DNA of 64,000 nt from the NCBI GenBank assembly GCA_964016885.1, contig OZ024740.1, positions 193,874,001 to 193,938,000 of the forward strand, in the 5' to 3' direction. The DNA comes from Eledone cirrhosa. Taxonomy: Eukaryota. Under the pieces are notes generated by a model that saw only the letters and a program-made list of their open reading frames with translations, made no database searches and was not told the DNA's origin. The position numbers were made by a program, and so were the translations under genes. Shown here one piece after another: positions 22,930 through 37,472 of this stretch (position 1 is its first letter; each line of letters opens with the position of its first letter).

Positions 22930-23189
22930 TATATATATATAGTAGAGGTGCAAATAAATTGCGTTTACATGTAAGAACATATTATCTGCGGAGATCCCGA
23001 TTCCAGAAACATATGTAACATGTTAATTAAAAATGTATGTGATGCAATACTGATTTTTTGTTCCCATTTATTATAATCATATATATATATATATATGTAG
23101 GATCCCGATGTAAATGGAGAGGCCACCACTGTTAGGAAAGGTAATCTATACGTTAGTAGAGTGTAGGTATATTCATTTAGTGATACGAA

Positions 23190-23306
23190 TGACTTCTGCA
23201 TGACTAGACCTGTGTCGTTTCAAAGAAATCATCTGTTCTTGTAGTATATAAATCATATCTATAATAAAAGGAACACACACTCGCGCTCGTACACACTCAC
23301 ACACAC

Positions 23307-23398
<92 letters not shown>

Positions 23399-23530
23399 TT
23401 GAATAAGTGAGTGCTTGTAATTGCTTGCTTATATGTGTCTGCGCGTGTGTGAGTGTTAATCTTTTATAGATATAACTTCTACAAGACTAGATCGGATCAT
23501 TTCTTTCAAATAAAACAGTGTCCTTGGTAT
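23190..23530. mobile_element. Old degenerate fold-back element around (TA)n
   Basis: 23207-23295 loosely inverts 23437-23525. The minus strand reads CAGATGATTTCTTTGAAACGACACAGGTCTAGTC, like the 52632 HHR. Confidence 0.45.
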
Positions 23531-24048
23531 AATAGGATTAAATCGACAGTAGGACGACAAACACATGTATTGAAAAATGATTTGCAACAGGATTAGAATG
23601 TTTCTCACATATACAATACAACCCTTGTGAGTCAGTTGACGATTTTACCGAAAATTCATTTGGTCATTTAGTAATCCAATACCTTGTTAGTGATTTTCTG
23701 TTTTTTGAAGAACGATTCAGAAAATATTTTCTGGGAAAGCATGACAGTGGTGCCAACTCCGCCTTGGGCCAACACACTAATGATATTGTTTACAAAGATA
23801 ATGAAATGTATACCATTACTTTTGTCTTACATTTTCACTCATCATTAATACTTTCCCTTGTATATCTTGTGGTTCAGTAGTTGATGCTGTTTTTTTTTCA
23901 GTTGGATTTTCTATCGCACTTCGTGATGTTACCGATTTCTAATACAATGTAGTATATACTTGGCAAAATTATCAACTATCTCGGATATTTTTGCCAAACG
24001 ATAAAACCTAGAAATATTCAGACATAGAAAAAGATTATCAAACATGAA

Positions 24049-24228
24049 TTGGCAGTATCGGTAGAGGGTTGGCCGCCATGCTTTCTAGTATAGTTACCTC
24101 CCTTTACAGTCTGAGTTCAAATCCCGCGAGGTTAACTTTGCCTTTTATCCTTACGGGGTCTATAAAATAAAATACCAGTAATGTACTGGGTAATTGTTGG
24201 CCTTGTGCCTAAAGTAGAAACAATTATT
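24049..24228 (+). mobile_element. SINE family 1
   Basis: Full-length match to 9071-9254. Confidence 0.85.
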
Positions 24229-25208
24229 AATACTTCTTTTTTTAATAGTAGGCCATTATTGTTTATTATGATGGCAAATTAATGTTAATGCGAGCTACCA
24301 CTGAGAATATAATTAAATACGACTCCGTGTATATACTAATCTGTTTTAGATATTGTGTAATTGGTAGCATTGTAGACAATACAGGTATATTTAGATAGTA
24401 AATATAAGCTTTTTAAGAGAGACATGATTCATAGGTAAATGAATCATTATCATACCTGATAGTCTGTGCAATGTGTTTTTTTTAAGAGCAAATAGCGTCA
24501 AGATAGATAATAATTAATCCCTCTTGTTAAAAGTTCAAACATATTCCATTTGCCTGAATCAATTCTTTTTTTAAATACGAATAAAACAATCTAAATAAAA
24601 AATATATGCATCGTAATATTGTTAAACAACTGAAGACATAAAGTTTATTAAATTCTTAATGGAACTTCGACGGTAATGTATGATTGGATTTCAAATCCTA
24701 TGGAGATTTCTTTTGTTTTACAGTTTGCCCTACCATATATATACGAGTTTCATTCGATCATGTATAGTCCTCCTTGGCTTCACATCAAGAATAATCTACT
24801 TACATTGATAATTTACTAGACAACATGTTTCTTGTTAAACCTGTCATATTATATGTAATTCCTTCTGTTAACAAGCATAATCAAGATGTATTGCCTTGAT
24901 GCAAAGCCAAAGATATACTAGCATACAGAAAACGTAAACGTAACTCTTATATATCACATTATGAGATTTTATTCAAGTTGTGTAAATTGTATGAATATTC
25001 TGGTGGATGCATATTAGAACGACGTTTTCATCTGATTCAGACCTCATCAATATAAAGAGAAATACTGAGTTGCAAAATAAATAACTAGTGGTCCGGTGGT
25101 CCGACTGACAGGTTTTGCTAAAAATTACAAAATAATTACAAAAAAAAAAAAAATAACTTCAATCGCCATGCAAAGTGACCTGAGAGCAGGAAGCCATGAG
25201 GAGGAACA

Positions 25209-25510
25209 CAGCCGAATTTAATTGGAGGGCAAAGGAGCAATTACCCAGGGCCTCCTGCTGTGGAGGGCCCCATCAGTGATGCCCGTAGCAATTCATTTGT
25301 GCACTCAGATGGTATTTTTGGTGTCAGGATGGTTAGAACTTTTGAATTTAATACCTGCATGTATAAATTTTCAATTCCATTTGCTTGCGCCAAGTTAGAT
25401 TTGATATGTAAAATTAGAGGGGATTTGCTGTTTATTTTATTTGGGGCGGATATTTGAGGACCCCCTAAACCTGAAGTGCCCCGGTCCACCCAAGGTCTAA
25501 ATGCAACCCT
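25209..25510. mobile_element. Possible degenerate hAT-type MITE
   Basis: GC-richer ends (AGGGCAAAGGAGCAATTACCCAGGGCC ... TGCCCCGG...TAAATGCAACCCT) loosely inverted around an AT-rich core. Confidence 0.3.
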
Positions 25511-26619
25511 AAGGAGGAAAGCTAACAATATTATCCGTGATGTTTAACAGTATCGCCAATTATAATAATTCCCAATACTTCCTCATGTGTAGGTTTTTCT
25601 GATAACTGGGGTTTCCCTCCATTCCGTTAATCATATATTTGTTTCTTTAATTATCTTTCTATCTATTTATTTTTGCACACTTCAAATTTTCTTTTCAGCT
25701 TTCAGTCCAAATTCTCTACCTTCAGAGCACTTCTATCGAATTTACCTATCTCTTTATTTATATTCTCCCCTTAATCTCATTCTCTATCAATTTCTCCCTC
25801 TCTCTATCCCACCATACATCTATTCATCACCCTCGTACTCGCTCCACATGTAATTTTCTATCCTTATCTTCAACCTCTCACTCTGTCCCCCCAACTCCTT
25901 CTTTTTCTTTATCTTTCCAGTCCTTAAGACTAATTATCATAGCATAATTGGCTTCTATTATATTTACGTCAGAGTTTTTATCTTGTCCTTCTATTCTACA
26001 TGTTTCTCTTCATCTTCTGTCTCTCGTTCTTCTCTCCAATTACACACATTCCCTCTTATCGTCTATATTTTCGTACATCTCAAATTGATTTTTCTCAGCT
26101 TCTTCCCCTCCCCTCTCTCTCTCTCTCATTCACTCCATCTATCTCTCTCTCGCTCACTATCTATCTATCCATCTATCTATCTATCTATCTACCCATTCCA
26201 CTCGCTGTCTCTCTGCGTCTCTGTACCCTTTTATTCTCGCTTCAATGTACTTATATTTGAATGTGTGTATAGTATATTTGGCAATATACTGTATGTTTAA
26301 TTAAAAACATTTTGAAGACCTTGCCCTATCATTTTGAAAGTAGTGACTTACATCTTTTTCGGCAAAAGAAGGGAGAGAAGCTGACAGATTCTGTTTCACG
26401 CTGTTGGCGATCCTCATACTAAAATACTTATGGTTCTACAGATTCGCCTTTGCCAAAAATTATATTTATTTCATTCCACACATTTCAAATTATCTTTTTC
26501 TCAGTTTCGCCTTTCTCCCTCCATTGAACACATATTCAATCCATACTCGCACTTACGCAAACACAATATCTCTTTTCATATTGTGCCTAAATTTCCTATA
26601 ACTTAGACGCTTAAACTTT

Positions 26620-28430
26620 GCAACAGATAGCCAACACCACATTGGCATGGCGACCTGCTTCCCCCAACCACTTTTCAAGGTGCTAATCAATGGCTCGGCC
26701 CTAAACAAATGATCCCAAGTTGCCGAACCATGATCCAGTCTCCGTTTGCCCTCCCCAACCCTCATCCCTGTAGAAAGCTACCTGTACAACATGTCACCGT
26801 CAACAGGCGGAAGAGAGGTCGGAACTATTCAGGGTGTGGCAGTTTCCATCATCAATCTTGCGTTTGCCAGAAACTAGGAGCTTCAAATGTGCGCTCAACG
26901 AGAAGGCTACACTCCGCACATTCATGTGTCCGCAGTCCCCCACCCCAATCAATCGTTTATTTCGGCGCGCCTATCCATTCCCTAAAAGATGAGGTTTGTA
27001 TATGCCCCATCGCTGTCACAATGTTTTCCGTCGCACCAGAACAAGGTCAAGAACTCAGGACTCTCTGTGGCCAACGGGTGAAAGGTGGCCGCCGACGCTG
27101 GTAGACAGTGCTTCAAAGACTGCTTACCTGAACCAGCGCCGAGTGACTCTAGGCACACCGTGGTCAGGCTTGTCAAGTGAAGTGCCTTCAACTGCCTGCG
27201 CCGCGTCCACTTGCTCGTGGCTTGCCACAACGATGTCCCGTCCCACTAACCCCCCTCCTCATGTGGTATGAATCTGTGAGTATGGTCCTCGCTTCAAATT
27301 AGGTCATTTCATACGCAATCAGCGTTCAACAGGGTGATATATTTTACCTCCTATTCGCCAAGGAGTAGACAACGTTGCTCGGAGAATAAAAGTCCCTCTC
27401 AACGTGTTGTACTTGAATAATGCGACGGCAGGTGGGCTCCCAGAAAGTGCCTGCTGGGATCTCCGACCAGAGATACCTGCTCTGGCGAGTATCGGCCTCG
27501 AGATAAACTCGACCATGTCGTATGTTGTGAAGGTCAATTACGACAAAGACCGCTTCATTTCCGACGTAATATCAAAACTCCAACCTCAGGTCCAGACTTC
27601 GCCAGCTCGAAACTCTGATAAACAGACTGAAAATGCTTCACGTCAATCGGGCACTACTTCTGTTAAGATACTGCTTTACCGAAGCCTCTATACACTTCCG
27701 CATTACCCCCTGCTAAATCCATGCATTTCTCCTAACACTTCTGGATGCATGCATCCGCCGAGCTGCTGAGGAGATATGCAACATCCAATTTTATGACACT
27801 CGATGGCAACAGGTCACCTTACACATCAGATTTGGTGGTTTCAGTCTCCGCTCTCCATTCTTATTGGCCGATATTTCTTTCGGCAGTAACCTCTTGTCAT
27901 GTTTCCTCAATGAGGTGCTCAACAACACAACTGAACCTAAAATGATCTGCGAATGCGCGGCGATCTACGTGATATAAAACCAGTTCGCCTTCCACCTTTC
28001 GGATGGCCATGGTCTCACCCCTTTGTAAATATGCATCCACTTAGATAAAAACAAATGGGCCACAGTTCATTGCAAAATTCCGCGGACAGGTTGGTGCGCC
28101 GGCTTCACCAGCACCAGCTCATATCTTTTTACCTGACCTCCCCATTTCACAGAGGTGCCTGGTTCAACGCAGTACCATCACTCTCGACTGACACTAAGCT
28201 GGACAGCAATGGTTTGCGCACCAGGGTTTCCCTTGAGCTCAGGTTCCTGGTCTGTGAGTTTCGCAAATACCGCTGCGAATCTACTGTAGACTTTTCTATT
28301 TGCACCCACTGTCATGCCATTGTAGTGCTGGCCACCTCCCACACAGTGCTTCTTTCAACAATATTATAAAGCGAGGCCTGGGTGTCGCACACTTCCCTTC
28401 CCAGCGGGGCTTATACAAGGGGACTGCAAT
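26620..28430 (+). mobile_element. Decayed CRE-like non-LTR retrotransposon
   Basis: GC-rich island. GAWFNAVPSLSTDTKLDSNGLRTRVSLELRFLVCE..YRCESTVD resembles the GAWLxAxP...LRLG...CxCG region before the CCHC/endonuclease of CRE elements. Assignment of the upstream part is uncertain. Confidence 0.55.
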
Positions 28431-28444
28431 ATTTTAGACAGCAG

Positions 28445-28770
28445 TAAGAAACTGTATTTCAGGTTACTCCAGTTTAATCAGCTTAGAACTGAGTTGTGAT
28501 AAGCTGCGTTGGCTATTGATTTTCCCTTGGACAACATCACTAGAGTGGAAAGGGAAGCGAGTATGCATGGGTGACTGCATCAGTAGTAAAAGTCACTGCT
28601 GAATTAGTTTAGCCTTTGGTCACACCTGTCTAAGAAGACCTCTACTTAAATATGTTCCATGTATGGCCATACGGCTATTCTCTGGGGCATTGCCTTCATC
28701 ACACTGCATACTCGAATGTGTACATACCCTTAAAGTAGGTGAGAAATAATTGGCTGCTATTTCTAGGTAT
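28445..28770 (+). mobile_element. Degenerate SINE (family 2-related)
   Basis: TATTTCAGGTTACTCCAGTTTAATCAGCT resembles the core of the SINE at 57325-57566. Confidence 0.4.
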
Positions 28771-29475
28771 TTTGAAGACCTAAAGGTGATCATGTTCACT
28801 CGTTATAATAGATGTTTCAGTGAGAGGCTATTGAAAGAATAGATGGAAAATATACACAAAAGATTATAATTTTACTTTCTTTGAAACAGTTAAAGAAATT
28901 ATTTGCGTACACTTCACAATTTTTTAGGTAATCTCTAACGAAAAATTATTTCGCACAAATATTGACGTTTCACAGATATATGTAATGAAAAATACGATTT
29001 TTTTATTTTCCTTACTATTAACTAACAATTTCCTACGGAATTTTAATCATAATTTAAAACTCTAGTTGCAGAATTGTGGTGAAATTGGCAGAAAATTTGA
29101 AGCTACACAGACAATTGAAATTATAGGAACATTTCAGGTTTCTATCAAATAGTAACTTCTCAAACTTGCTTTGCCTAAAGGCAATATATAGAAAATCGAA
29201 ATAACTGCAGCAATCCTGTGGAAATAATGTACCTACTTTAATAGACGATACCGTAGACAAATCTGATTATATTCCGTTTGGTGACTATACCACTAAAAAA
29301 TAAATTTATGCAAAAAAAAATATATATAAATGCATCTGTGTTGGAGTTGTGTATGATTATCAATGGACGCATTATAATCAATAACGTAATAGTAGATTAT
29401 TTCCCTTTACTTCCAGTGTGTTCACAGTACCTTTTATGATAAAATTGAGGTAGTCTGTTACTGAACCGATATGAG

Positions 29476-29608
29476 CCTCATATATATTACCTTCCTCATA
29501 TATATATTACCTTCCTCATATATATATTACCTTCCTCATATATATATTACCTTCTTTTTCTTCTTCTTCTTCTTCTTCTTCTTCTTCTTCTTCTTCTTCT
29601 TCTTCTTC
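29476..29608. repeat. 20-nt tandem repeat x4 followed by (TTC)n
   Basis: CTTCCTCATATATATATTAC repeated, then a TTC run. Confidence 0.9.
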
Positions 29609-29719
29609 AGATAATTAAGATTATTTCTTCTGACTGAGCATCATGCGGCTTACATAACTCCAAAAGTGATTAACCTATTCATGCTTGCCTTTAAACTGTT
29701 TTCTGAATTGTGATTTCCC

Positions 29720-30540
29720 TCTCGTTGTAGAAGGAGTCCCGACAGCATAAAAGCTTGTCAACCCAATGACCTGAACTTTGTGGCGATGAGGAATTTAGCA
29801 TTCATTTCTCTATGAAAGATTGTGTAAATGTCCTCGATGTCTGATAACCTAACAACAAGATGGAATACTTGAAGTTGGCACAAGTAGTAAGAAAGTGAAT
29901 TAATTTGTTACTAGAGTTCTGACTAACATTTCTTCGCTAACGAAAACAGTCCTTCTCACAATCAACACCTTGATAACGGCCAGTATCGCTTTTACAGGGA
30001 CTGTTGAAATTGGAGGGTGTTTGTCAGTAACAACAGTAACTTGCGAAACATCTTCGTGAATACCAAAATGAGGAGATATTCAATATCAGACGAGAAATAA
30101 AAATATATTTCTTTTTTACAACAGACATCTCTTCATTGTCTTTTGGGGTGTATCATGAAAATTGCAAGGACGGAATAATCATAGTTCTATCTTCCTAAAG
30201 TCGGAGCTGCATTCTTTATTTCCTTTAAGACATTATTTAAAGAAGCTCTGATCAATATATGACAGGAAGCATAATTTATGTTATGTGGAACGGCATACGA
30301 TAATGTTTAGCTTGTCTTTAAATCGATTATTATCCAAGGCAACGATAGCGAGTTGGTGCACCATACACCAGCCCATAGGCTTCGGCAATATATAGGCTTG
30401 GCAACATTTGTAGTGACGTTGATCCTAGATTTAATGTCTCCATTTCAGTAGAATGTTGACAGGTTGTGAGCGAAAATATGACTCAAAATAATATATGGTC
30501 TGTTGTAAATAATTAGTATATGCAGGTCATGATGCTCATG
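29720..30540 (-). mobile_element. Highly decayed Gypsy-like pol remnant
   Basis: Faint ordered motifs: STSLQMLP (cf. ASPLHMVP), YAVPHN (YPVPHI), VTDKHP (FTDHKP). Confidence 0.35.
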
Positions 30541-31571
30541 AAGGACATAAAGCATCATCAATATCATCATAAAACCATAGGATCTGCAGTTACGGAGCAC
30601 CACCCTTCAGACTTCCAGAACCCTCAATGTCAAGAACCGATGAGCCACTTCCTGGTAGTGTAAGTGGATTAGCTCTTCCAAGAGATGTTTAGCCTTAAAA
30701 TAATTCTAAGTGAAATTCTTCATTACACAGTGTGCGAGAGAACCGGGCCTTTCAATTGAATTTACATTAATTCCAACAAGCTTCCGTACAGTTCTGGTCT
30801 CCCTTTTAAGTCGAACCAAACTTGTAATATATAAAAAAAACTTGCACAAGAATCCGAACCCCGAAACTAATGATAGTGAAATTTATCTATTCTTCATTTT
30901 CTCAAGATGCTTCACTTTAAATAATTGCGGAACCTATGTTTCACCGTCTAAGAAACATGTAGCACAGCGGGGATCGCCAGAGTGCCCGGCCACTGGACGA
31001 AACCTAATAAAATGTATGCATGCATACATTCATACATACACACATACATGCATGTATACGTAATACATACATACATAAATAATACAGAATATACACATAT
31101 ATATATAGTAAATGAAACAGATACTTAAATAGTGTGCGCGTGTATTTGTGTTTGTGTGTGTGAAAGAATGAGAGAGAACAAACTGTAAATAAATATGATG
31201 AGAGTATTTATATGAATCTGTTATATTTAAAAATATCCCAGGTTTATTAAAATCCAGAAAGAGTACTCAGTTACCTATAACCTTTGAATGTACAACAACC
31301 ATCACATTGCATTGTATTGCAATGTGTTACAGACGGAAGGCTCCCAGGGTTATGAGACCTTATGATTGTGTTTGGCCATGATGTTTATCACATTTTATAA
31401 TATCCCTTTCCTTTAACCTTTCAACTTATTTGAAAGACAAGTTTGCAGGATCAGAATTTTATCAAAATATTTTTCTTAAACTAACTTAAAATGTGTTAAA
31501 TTGAATTACGCATTGAATATGTATCTAAATTTAGCAGCAACATTTGTGTGTTATTATTAGAAGCTCACTGG

Positions 31572-31800
31572 GGCGGTGGATTGGCAGTATCCGTGGAGAG
31601 TAGGACACCATGCTTTGCAGCATAGAGTTATGGTCTTTTGCGGTCTGAGTTCAAATCCCGCCGAGTATACCTTTGCCTTTCATCCTTACGGGGTCGATAA
31701 GATAAAGCACCAGTAATGTGCTGGGGTCGATTTAATCCACTCCCCCCCCCCCCCCAAAAAAAAATTACTGGCCTTGAGCCTATACTAGAAATTATTATTA
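31572..31800 (+). mobile_element. SINE family 1, full length
   Basis: A/B boxes, core and (ATT)n tail. Flanked by the direct repeat TTATTATTAGAAGCTCACT (TSD). Confidence 0.85.
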
Positions 31801-34800
31801 GAAGCTCACTCTCTTAATTCGTGTTGATATCTATATTCATTTCCACCTCATTGCATTTAAAGTCTTACAATAAAATTACCTATAGGAATTAATATGACAC
31901 GAAAGCTTAAAAAATCTCCCTACGTCCAAGTCTTTCCAAATCAGTCGTATTTTCATTTACTCTGTCTCATCTTGTTTCTATTTTAAGACACTGACACATT
32001 TTTAAAGATATAGATTCTGGTAGAATCTATATCTTTGTGTAGAATCAAGAATTGTTAAGGCACTTTTGCTATGTTTTGAACTTTCTTCCATGGAATAATT
32101 TGAGTAGAAAATTATTTACTACTGGGTTATTTGATTTAATTAAGTTATTGATGTATCAACTGTGTTTGTCCTGTATTTCTTTGAGGGGAGATTTTACTGT
32201 TATTTTTAGCAGCATGAAATATCACTTACCTTTTCCTTCGCAGGGAGTTGACATAATAACCAGTCACTAAGTATGCCACTTCACTATCTAGCAAACATGT
32301 GTCACTGTTCTAATTTTAGATACCAACATAGCACATTAACAAGGATTCTACAATCCTCTCTGTGTATGATTTAAATCACATGACATTAGATTCATGACAT
32401 TGCACTCAAAGGATAAGGTAACAAATCATGTGTGTATGAGTGTAAGAGAGAGATAATCAGAGAGAGGAAAGGTGACTCATAGTGATATAGAAATAAGAGC
32501 TGATCTTAATATTTGTTACCTCTTTTCATACATCCCAGAAGGATGAAAGATAAGATTGATGTCAGCTTGAACTGGATTCAGACCACACATAGCCTGGAGT
32601 GAGTGAGCACATTCTATCTGACGCTGTAACGAGTCTGCAAATTAACTACGTGTGGTTCACGATGTATTAAAGTAATGTTTAGTGTAATGTGGTTGGCAGA
32701 ACCGATTGAATGCTTGTAAAATGTTTCTAGTTAAGGTCATATATATATACAAAGTAGATCCACTGGGATATACTTTGGTTTGTATTTTCATGAAACAAAA
32801 GTAGTAATCTAGTCGAATCCTTTTCTAGAAAGTGCCTGACGTCATATTAGTCAGGTCAATTATATTACCAAGGATTCTACCCGTGTGATGCAGATCAGAT
32901 GCCATCGAAAACCATATTCTACTCTGTTTACATTGACTTATTTTAGTTAACCTAGAAACGAAAGCTCGCCGCAACATTTTCGTTTTTTACCTAAAATATG
33001 AAATCTCATTGAAAGTATCGTTAGGTATAATGTAATTATTACAGCATTTAGGTTATAGTGAGACGGACTAAAGACATGCTGTCAATTCCTTTTTCAACAT
33101 TTCAACATCATATCTCCCAATCATTGCTTCATTCAAATGTATAAACATTACAGGATGTCAATGTAAATGTCCTTACATTGAGTTACAATTCTATTGCCTT
33201 GGTAGGAAGACACTTATGAAAAGTATAATATATATCAGTAGATTCTGATGAAAATGTTAATTTTCAACTAAATAAAATGCACATATTTTGGTTAGGTCAA
33301 CAATAATGTATTCGACACAAATTCTTTCATCTGATATGCTCCGTATTTAACTAAGTATTATACTTATTCTCATTCCTCTAATAATTATTATATTATCCAT
33401 CATTACTAGGTTATCATTAATCTTCTTAATAGTTTCCCTTCTGTTGGAAAGTTAAATCTCAAATATCTAATGGAAAACTTGAACGTATTCAATCTTATGC
33501 CATAGGGGATTTGGAACTAAATAGACTTTCATCAATTTCAAACCAGTGAATATTCGTTTTCAAATTTATTCCAAAATGTAATAGCTCACACCGGAAGCTT
33601 CCGACGGTATATATAATTTGGATGCAACTCCAATATATATGTCTGAGATGCTGAACTTTACAATACAATCAATAATGTATAACACCTTCCAACTTATAGC
33701 AATGGGAATATGTACACCACAGATCACATTATAAATTAAAATGATGCTTATCTTTGCATTCGGCAATGTTATATGAACGTATACACGTTATACACTAGTG
33801 ATGCTAGTTTCGTTCACGTGCCATTTTCGACTATTTTATTATATCTACAACTACGTTCAGCCACGTAGTATCTAATTTTTATCAGCTACCTTCTTTTATT
33901 TATTTATTATACGATTGAGTTCAAAGCAATGAATAAAATCTTCGAACTCATTTCAATTTATATTTATAGTTAATAGTTTTAACTCTTCTTCTCTCCCTAT
34001 TGCACACTACATCTTTATTGTTTCTTTTAAAATATTGATTGCTCAAATGTCTAGGGGAAATATAGCCATATATAGTTAGGCACATACCTCGCCGAATTTG
34101 TGATATATTATATGATTCCCCTAATAAATATTTATAATGTGATCAAATACATAGATATGTTGATGCTTCAATAGCCTTCTAAAAATATTCTATATGTTTA
34201 ACATGTCCATCATGAAATCGATGTAAAAGCACTTTAAAACAAAAAAAAATGTTTGAATGGTGTATTTCAATAAATATTTGTATATTCAAACATACGGAAA
34301 AAAATGTTTATGCCAATAAAAGTTTAAGAAGTTAAAATGGTTCTAGCTTAAGGAATGCCGCAAGCGTTATATATAAAACATGCTGTGAATAACATAAAAT
34401 TACTATGTAGCATTATATATAAAGTAGGCAAAAATCTAAAGTTGTTTAAAAAGAGGTAATGGAATAGTGTGACTTTGGTCACCTTTCCGAGAATATACGT
34501 GATGTAAATAAAGGAAAATGCCCTAAAATGGGTATTCAAAGTATGTTATATATATGTAAAGCAACGAATTAGCAGGCTCGTTAGAAAGTCGGATAGAATC
34601 ATTTGGGGTAGTCGTTCTAATTCCCCGTGCCCTGAGTTTAAATACCACCGAAGTTACTTATGCTTTTAATCCTTTCGAGGTCAATTCAAAAAAGAACCAG
34701 TCTAGTACTAGAGTCGATTCTTCCTTTCTCAGTTCCTCGCTATCACTTTCTCTATCCTGCTCTGGAAGAAATCGTCTAGAGGACATGAGTACCATCACAT

Positions 34801-34899
34801 TTACATGAGTACAATCAGATTTAAAACGCTCAAGAAACGACGTGTTTGACAACCGCACACCTCGGGTTGTGCATGTATATATATGTGTGTGTGTGTGTA

Positions 34900-34931
<32 letters not shown>

Positions 34932-34932
34932 C

Positions 34933-35700
34933 ACAGGGTGTATCACAAACAAATATCCGATTACAAAAGGCTGTACCTTTTAAGCAAATTACCATATAAT
35001 AATGCGATAACTTGTACAATAGATGTCTGGATATATTATTCCTTTTTGTTACTTTTATATCTTTTTAATAAAATTATTTACAATTTTTACATGTCTTTCA
35101 GTCTGCTTCAAGATGTCGACGTTTGTTATTCAACACCTACAAAACTCAATTATTACAATCCCTCTTTGTAGTTGATAAACAGCGACGCGTGGAGTTCTGT
35201 GAATTCATTCTGAGCATGATGACTGATGGAAGATGACACTTTACTATCATGCTTAGTGTTTAGTGATTTGACCACGTTCCACATAAGTGGAAAGGTAAAC
35301 CGTCGTAAGGTAAGAATTTGGGGATCAGAACAGCTGAATGCAATAGTTGACCAGAAGTGAGACAACCCAAAACTTAATATTTATTCTGCTGTTTCCCGGC
35401 ATATGATTTACAGTCCTTACATTATTGCAGAAAAATAGTGTCTCGAGATCTCATATCTCATATGAGGAATTACAAGCAGATTCCGATATTTTCATTTTCC
35501 AACAAGATGGAGGCCAACCACTTTTGCACATGGATGTACAAGTGTTTCTTAAAACGAGGTTTCCTCAACCAAGGTTCTACCGAGAATTTGCCATATATTT
35601 TGCACTTCATAAGTGGCCAACAAGTTTGCCCTATCTTACCGTGTGTGATTTGTTTCTTGTGGGGATGTTTGAAAGACACCGTTTATGTTCTTATTGGAAA
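34933..35700 (+). mobile_element. Tc1/mariner (maT/rosa-like) transposon remnant
   Basis: Starts CAGGGTG. Translates to FSDLTTFHISGKVNRRKVRIWGSE, FQQDGGQP, WPTSLPYLTVCDLFL and WGCLKDTVY, with stops and frameshifts. Confidence 0.8.
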
Positions 35701-35796
35701 AATTACAAATAAAAAGTTTATATTCAAGTTTCAGCATGATTATATATTCATCTACTTCAAAATTATAGCATCTTAGAGCGGATGATTCTTTTAATT

Positions 35797-35837
<41 letters not shown>

Positions 35838-36111
35838 AAATATAAAAGAATCACATCTTAGTTTAATACATTTAATTGGTGACAATTATTTATTCCATAC
35901 GAATGTTTGGAATCATCGGGGCATACATAATGTTTAAACAGGTAATTAAAATCCTAATCTTCAGAACGTTTCTATAGATACATAACTATTGACAGTGTCA
36001 GTGATATCATATAGAAAAGCAGGTTATTGGCTAGTGTTTAGTTCTACCCTCCATATTCATAATTATATATAAACGATATATAAGTATAAATACTATTACT
36101 ATAAATATTAT

Positions 36112-36157
<46 letters not shown>

Positions 36158-36160
<3 letters not shown>

Positions 36161-37420
36161 GGAGGTTAGTTTTATTGTAGTACAATAAAACAATGCAGAT
36201 ATCGGATAAGAAGCACTCTACAGTTTGTAGGACTGGAGTATACATAATATATAAGATCAAAAGATGGTTAAATGAGTTCCATGTATTTTATTATGCGCAT
36301 TTCAAAAACAAATATCATCATGCAATAACATTTGTGTTTTCATCAGATAAAATAGGAGGACATGATATGAAGGTTAAAAACACTTGTGGATAGTGCAATT
36401 TTAAATCAACATATGAAAAGTAGTTTTAGATTGATGTGTGATATTGGGGAAAAACATTTTTTTTAGGGGGGAGGATGAAAAAGAGGAGGAGATGAGAGTA
36501 AAAAGTGGAGGGGGAGGAGTATAATGAGGAAGGATGAGATAGGAGGAGAGATGGCTGATAGAGAGAGAGAGATAGCTTTTATAACTGAGAAAAATATATT
36601 GTTTTACATAGAGAGGTTGACAAACCGTTGGAAGATAATGTATAAATTAAAAGAATTTGAAAATTAACGAATAGAAAAATAATGTAAATTTAAGGTTTGT
36701 ATATTGAAGGGTTTAATAATATGTGCGATGAAAAGAAATTGTTAATATGTATTAAGAATAATATTTAAGGATTTAATAATATGTGCGATGGAAAGAAAAT
36801 GTTAATATGTATTAAGAATAATTTTAAGGGTTTAATAATATGTGCGATGGAAAGAAAATGTTAATATGTATTAAGAATAATATTTAAGGGTTTAATAATA
36901 TGTGCGATGGAAAGAAAATGTTGATATGTATTATTAAAAAAACAGAAGTAATGTAAATAAGGATATATTGTGAGATGAGCATGAATAAGTTAGATGAAAC
37001 TGAGAAAAAAATAATGTATACTTTATCTTCCAACGGTTTTTCAACCTCTCTATGTAAAACAACATATTTTTTCTCAGTTATAAAAGCTATCTCTCTCTCT
37101 CTATCAGCCATCTCTCCTCCTATCTCATCCTTCCTCATTATACTCCTCCCCCTCCACTTTTTACTCTCATCTCCTCCTCTTTTTCATCCTTTCCACCCCC
37201 CCCCCCCTAAAAAAAAGAATTTTTTCCCCAATATCACACATCAATCTAAAACTACTTTTCATATGTTGATTTAAAACTGCACTATCCACAAGTGTTTTTA
37301 ACCTTCATATCATGTCCTTTTTTATCTGATGAAAACACAAATGTTATTGCATGATGATATTTGTTTTTGAAATGCGCATAATAAAATACATGGAACTCAT
37401 TTAACCATCTTTTGGTCTTA
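36158..37420. mobile_element. Long fold-back element family B with HHRs at 36284-36354 (-) and 37319-37387 (+)
   Basis: Arms ~36250-36645 and 37015-37420 are inverted. Same fixed ends as the short copies. Confidence 0.9.
36707..36935. repeat. ~59-nt tandem repeat x4 in the fold-back spacer
   Basis: AAGGGTTTAATAATATGTGCGATGGAAAGAAAATGTTAATATGTATTAAGAATAATATTT repeated. Confidence 0.9.
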
Positions 37421-37472
37421 TATATATATATATATATATTAAAATAACAGATTAAAGTTTAGGCAAAGAATC

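Noticed and set aside
33566-33766. Short ORFs on both strands, one frame faintly lectin-like (CDLWCTYSHCY)
   Set aside because: An in-frame stop follows and no further domain motifs are present.
36707-36935. Regularly spaced repeats as a possible CRISPR array (also 22606-22690, 29476-29555, 42866-42968)
   Set aside because: Head-to-tail tandem units with no unique spacers and no cas genes, in a eukaryotic context.
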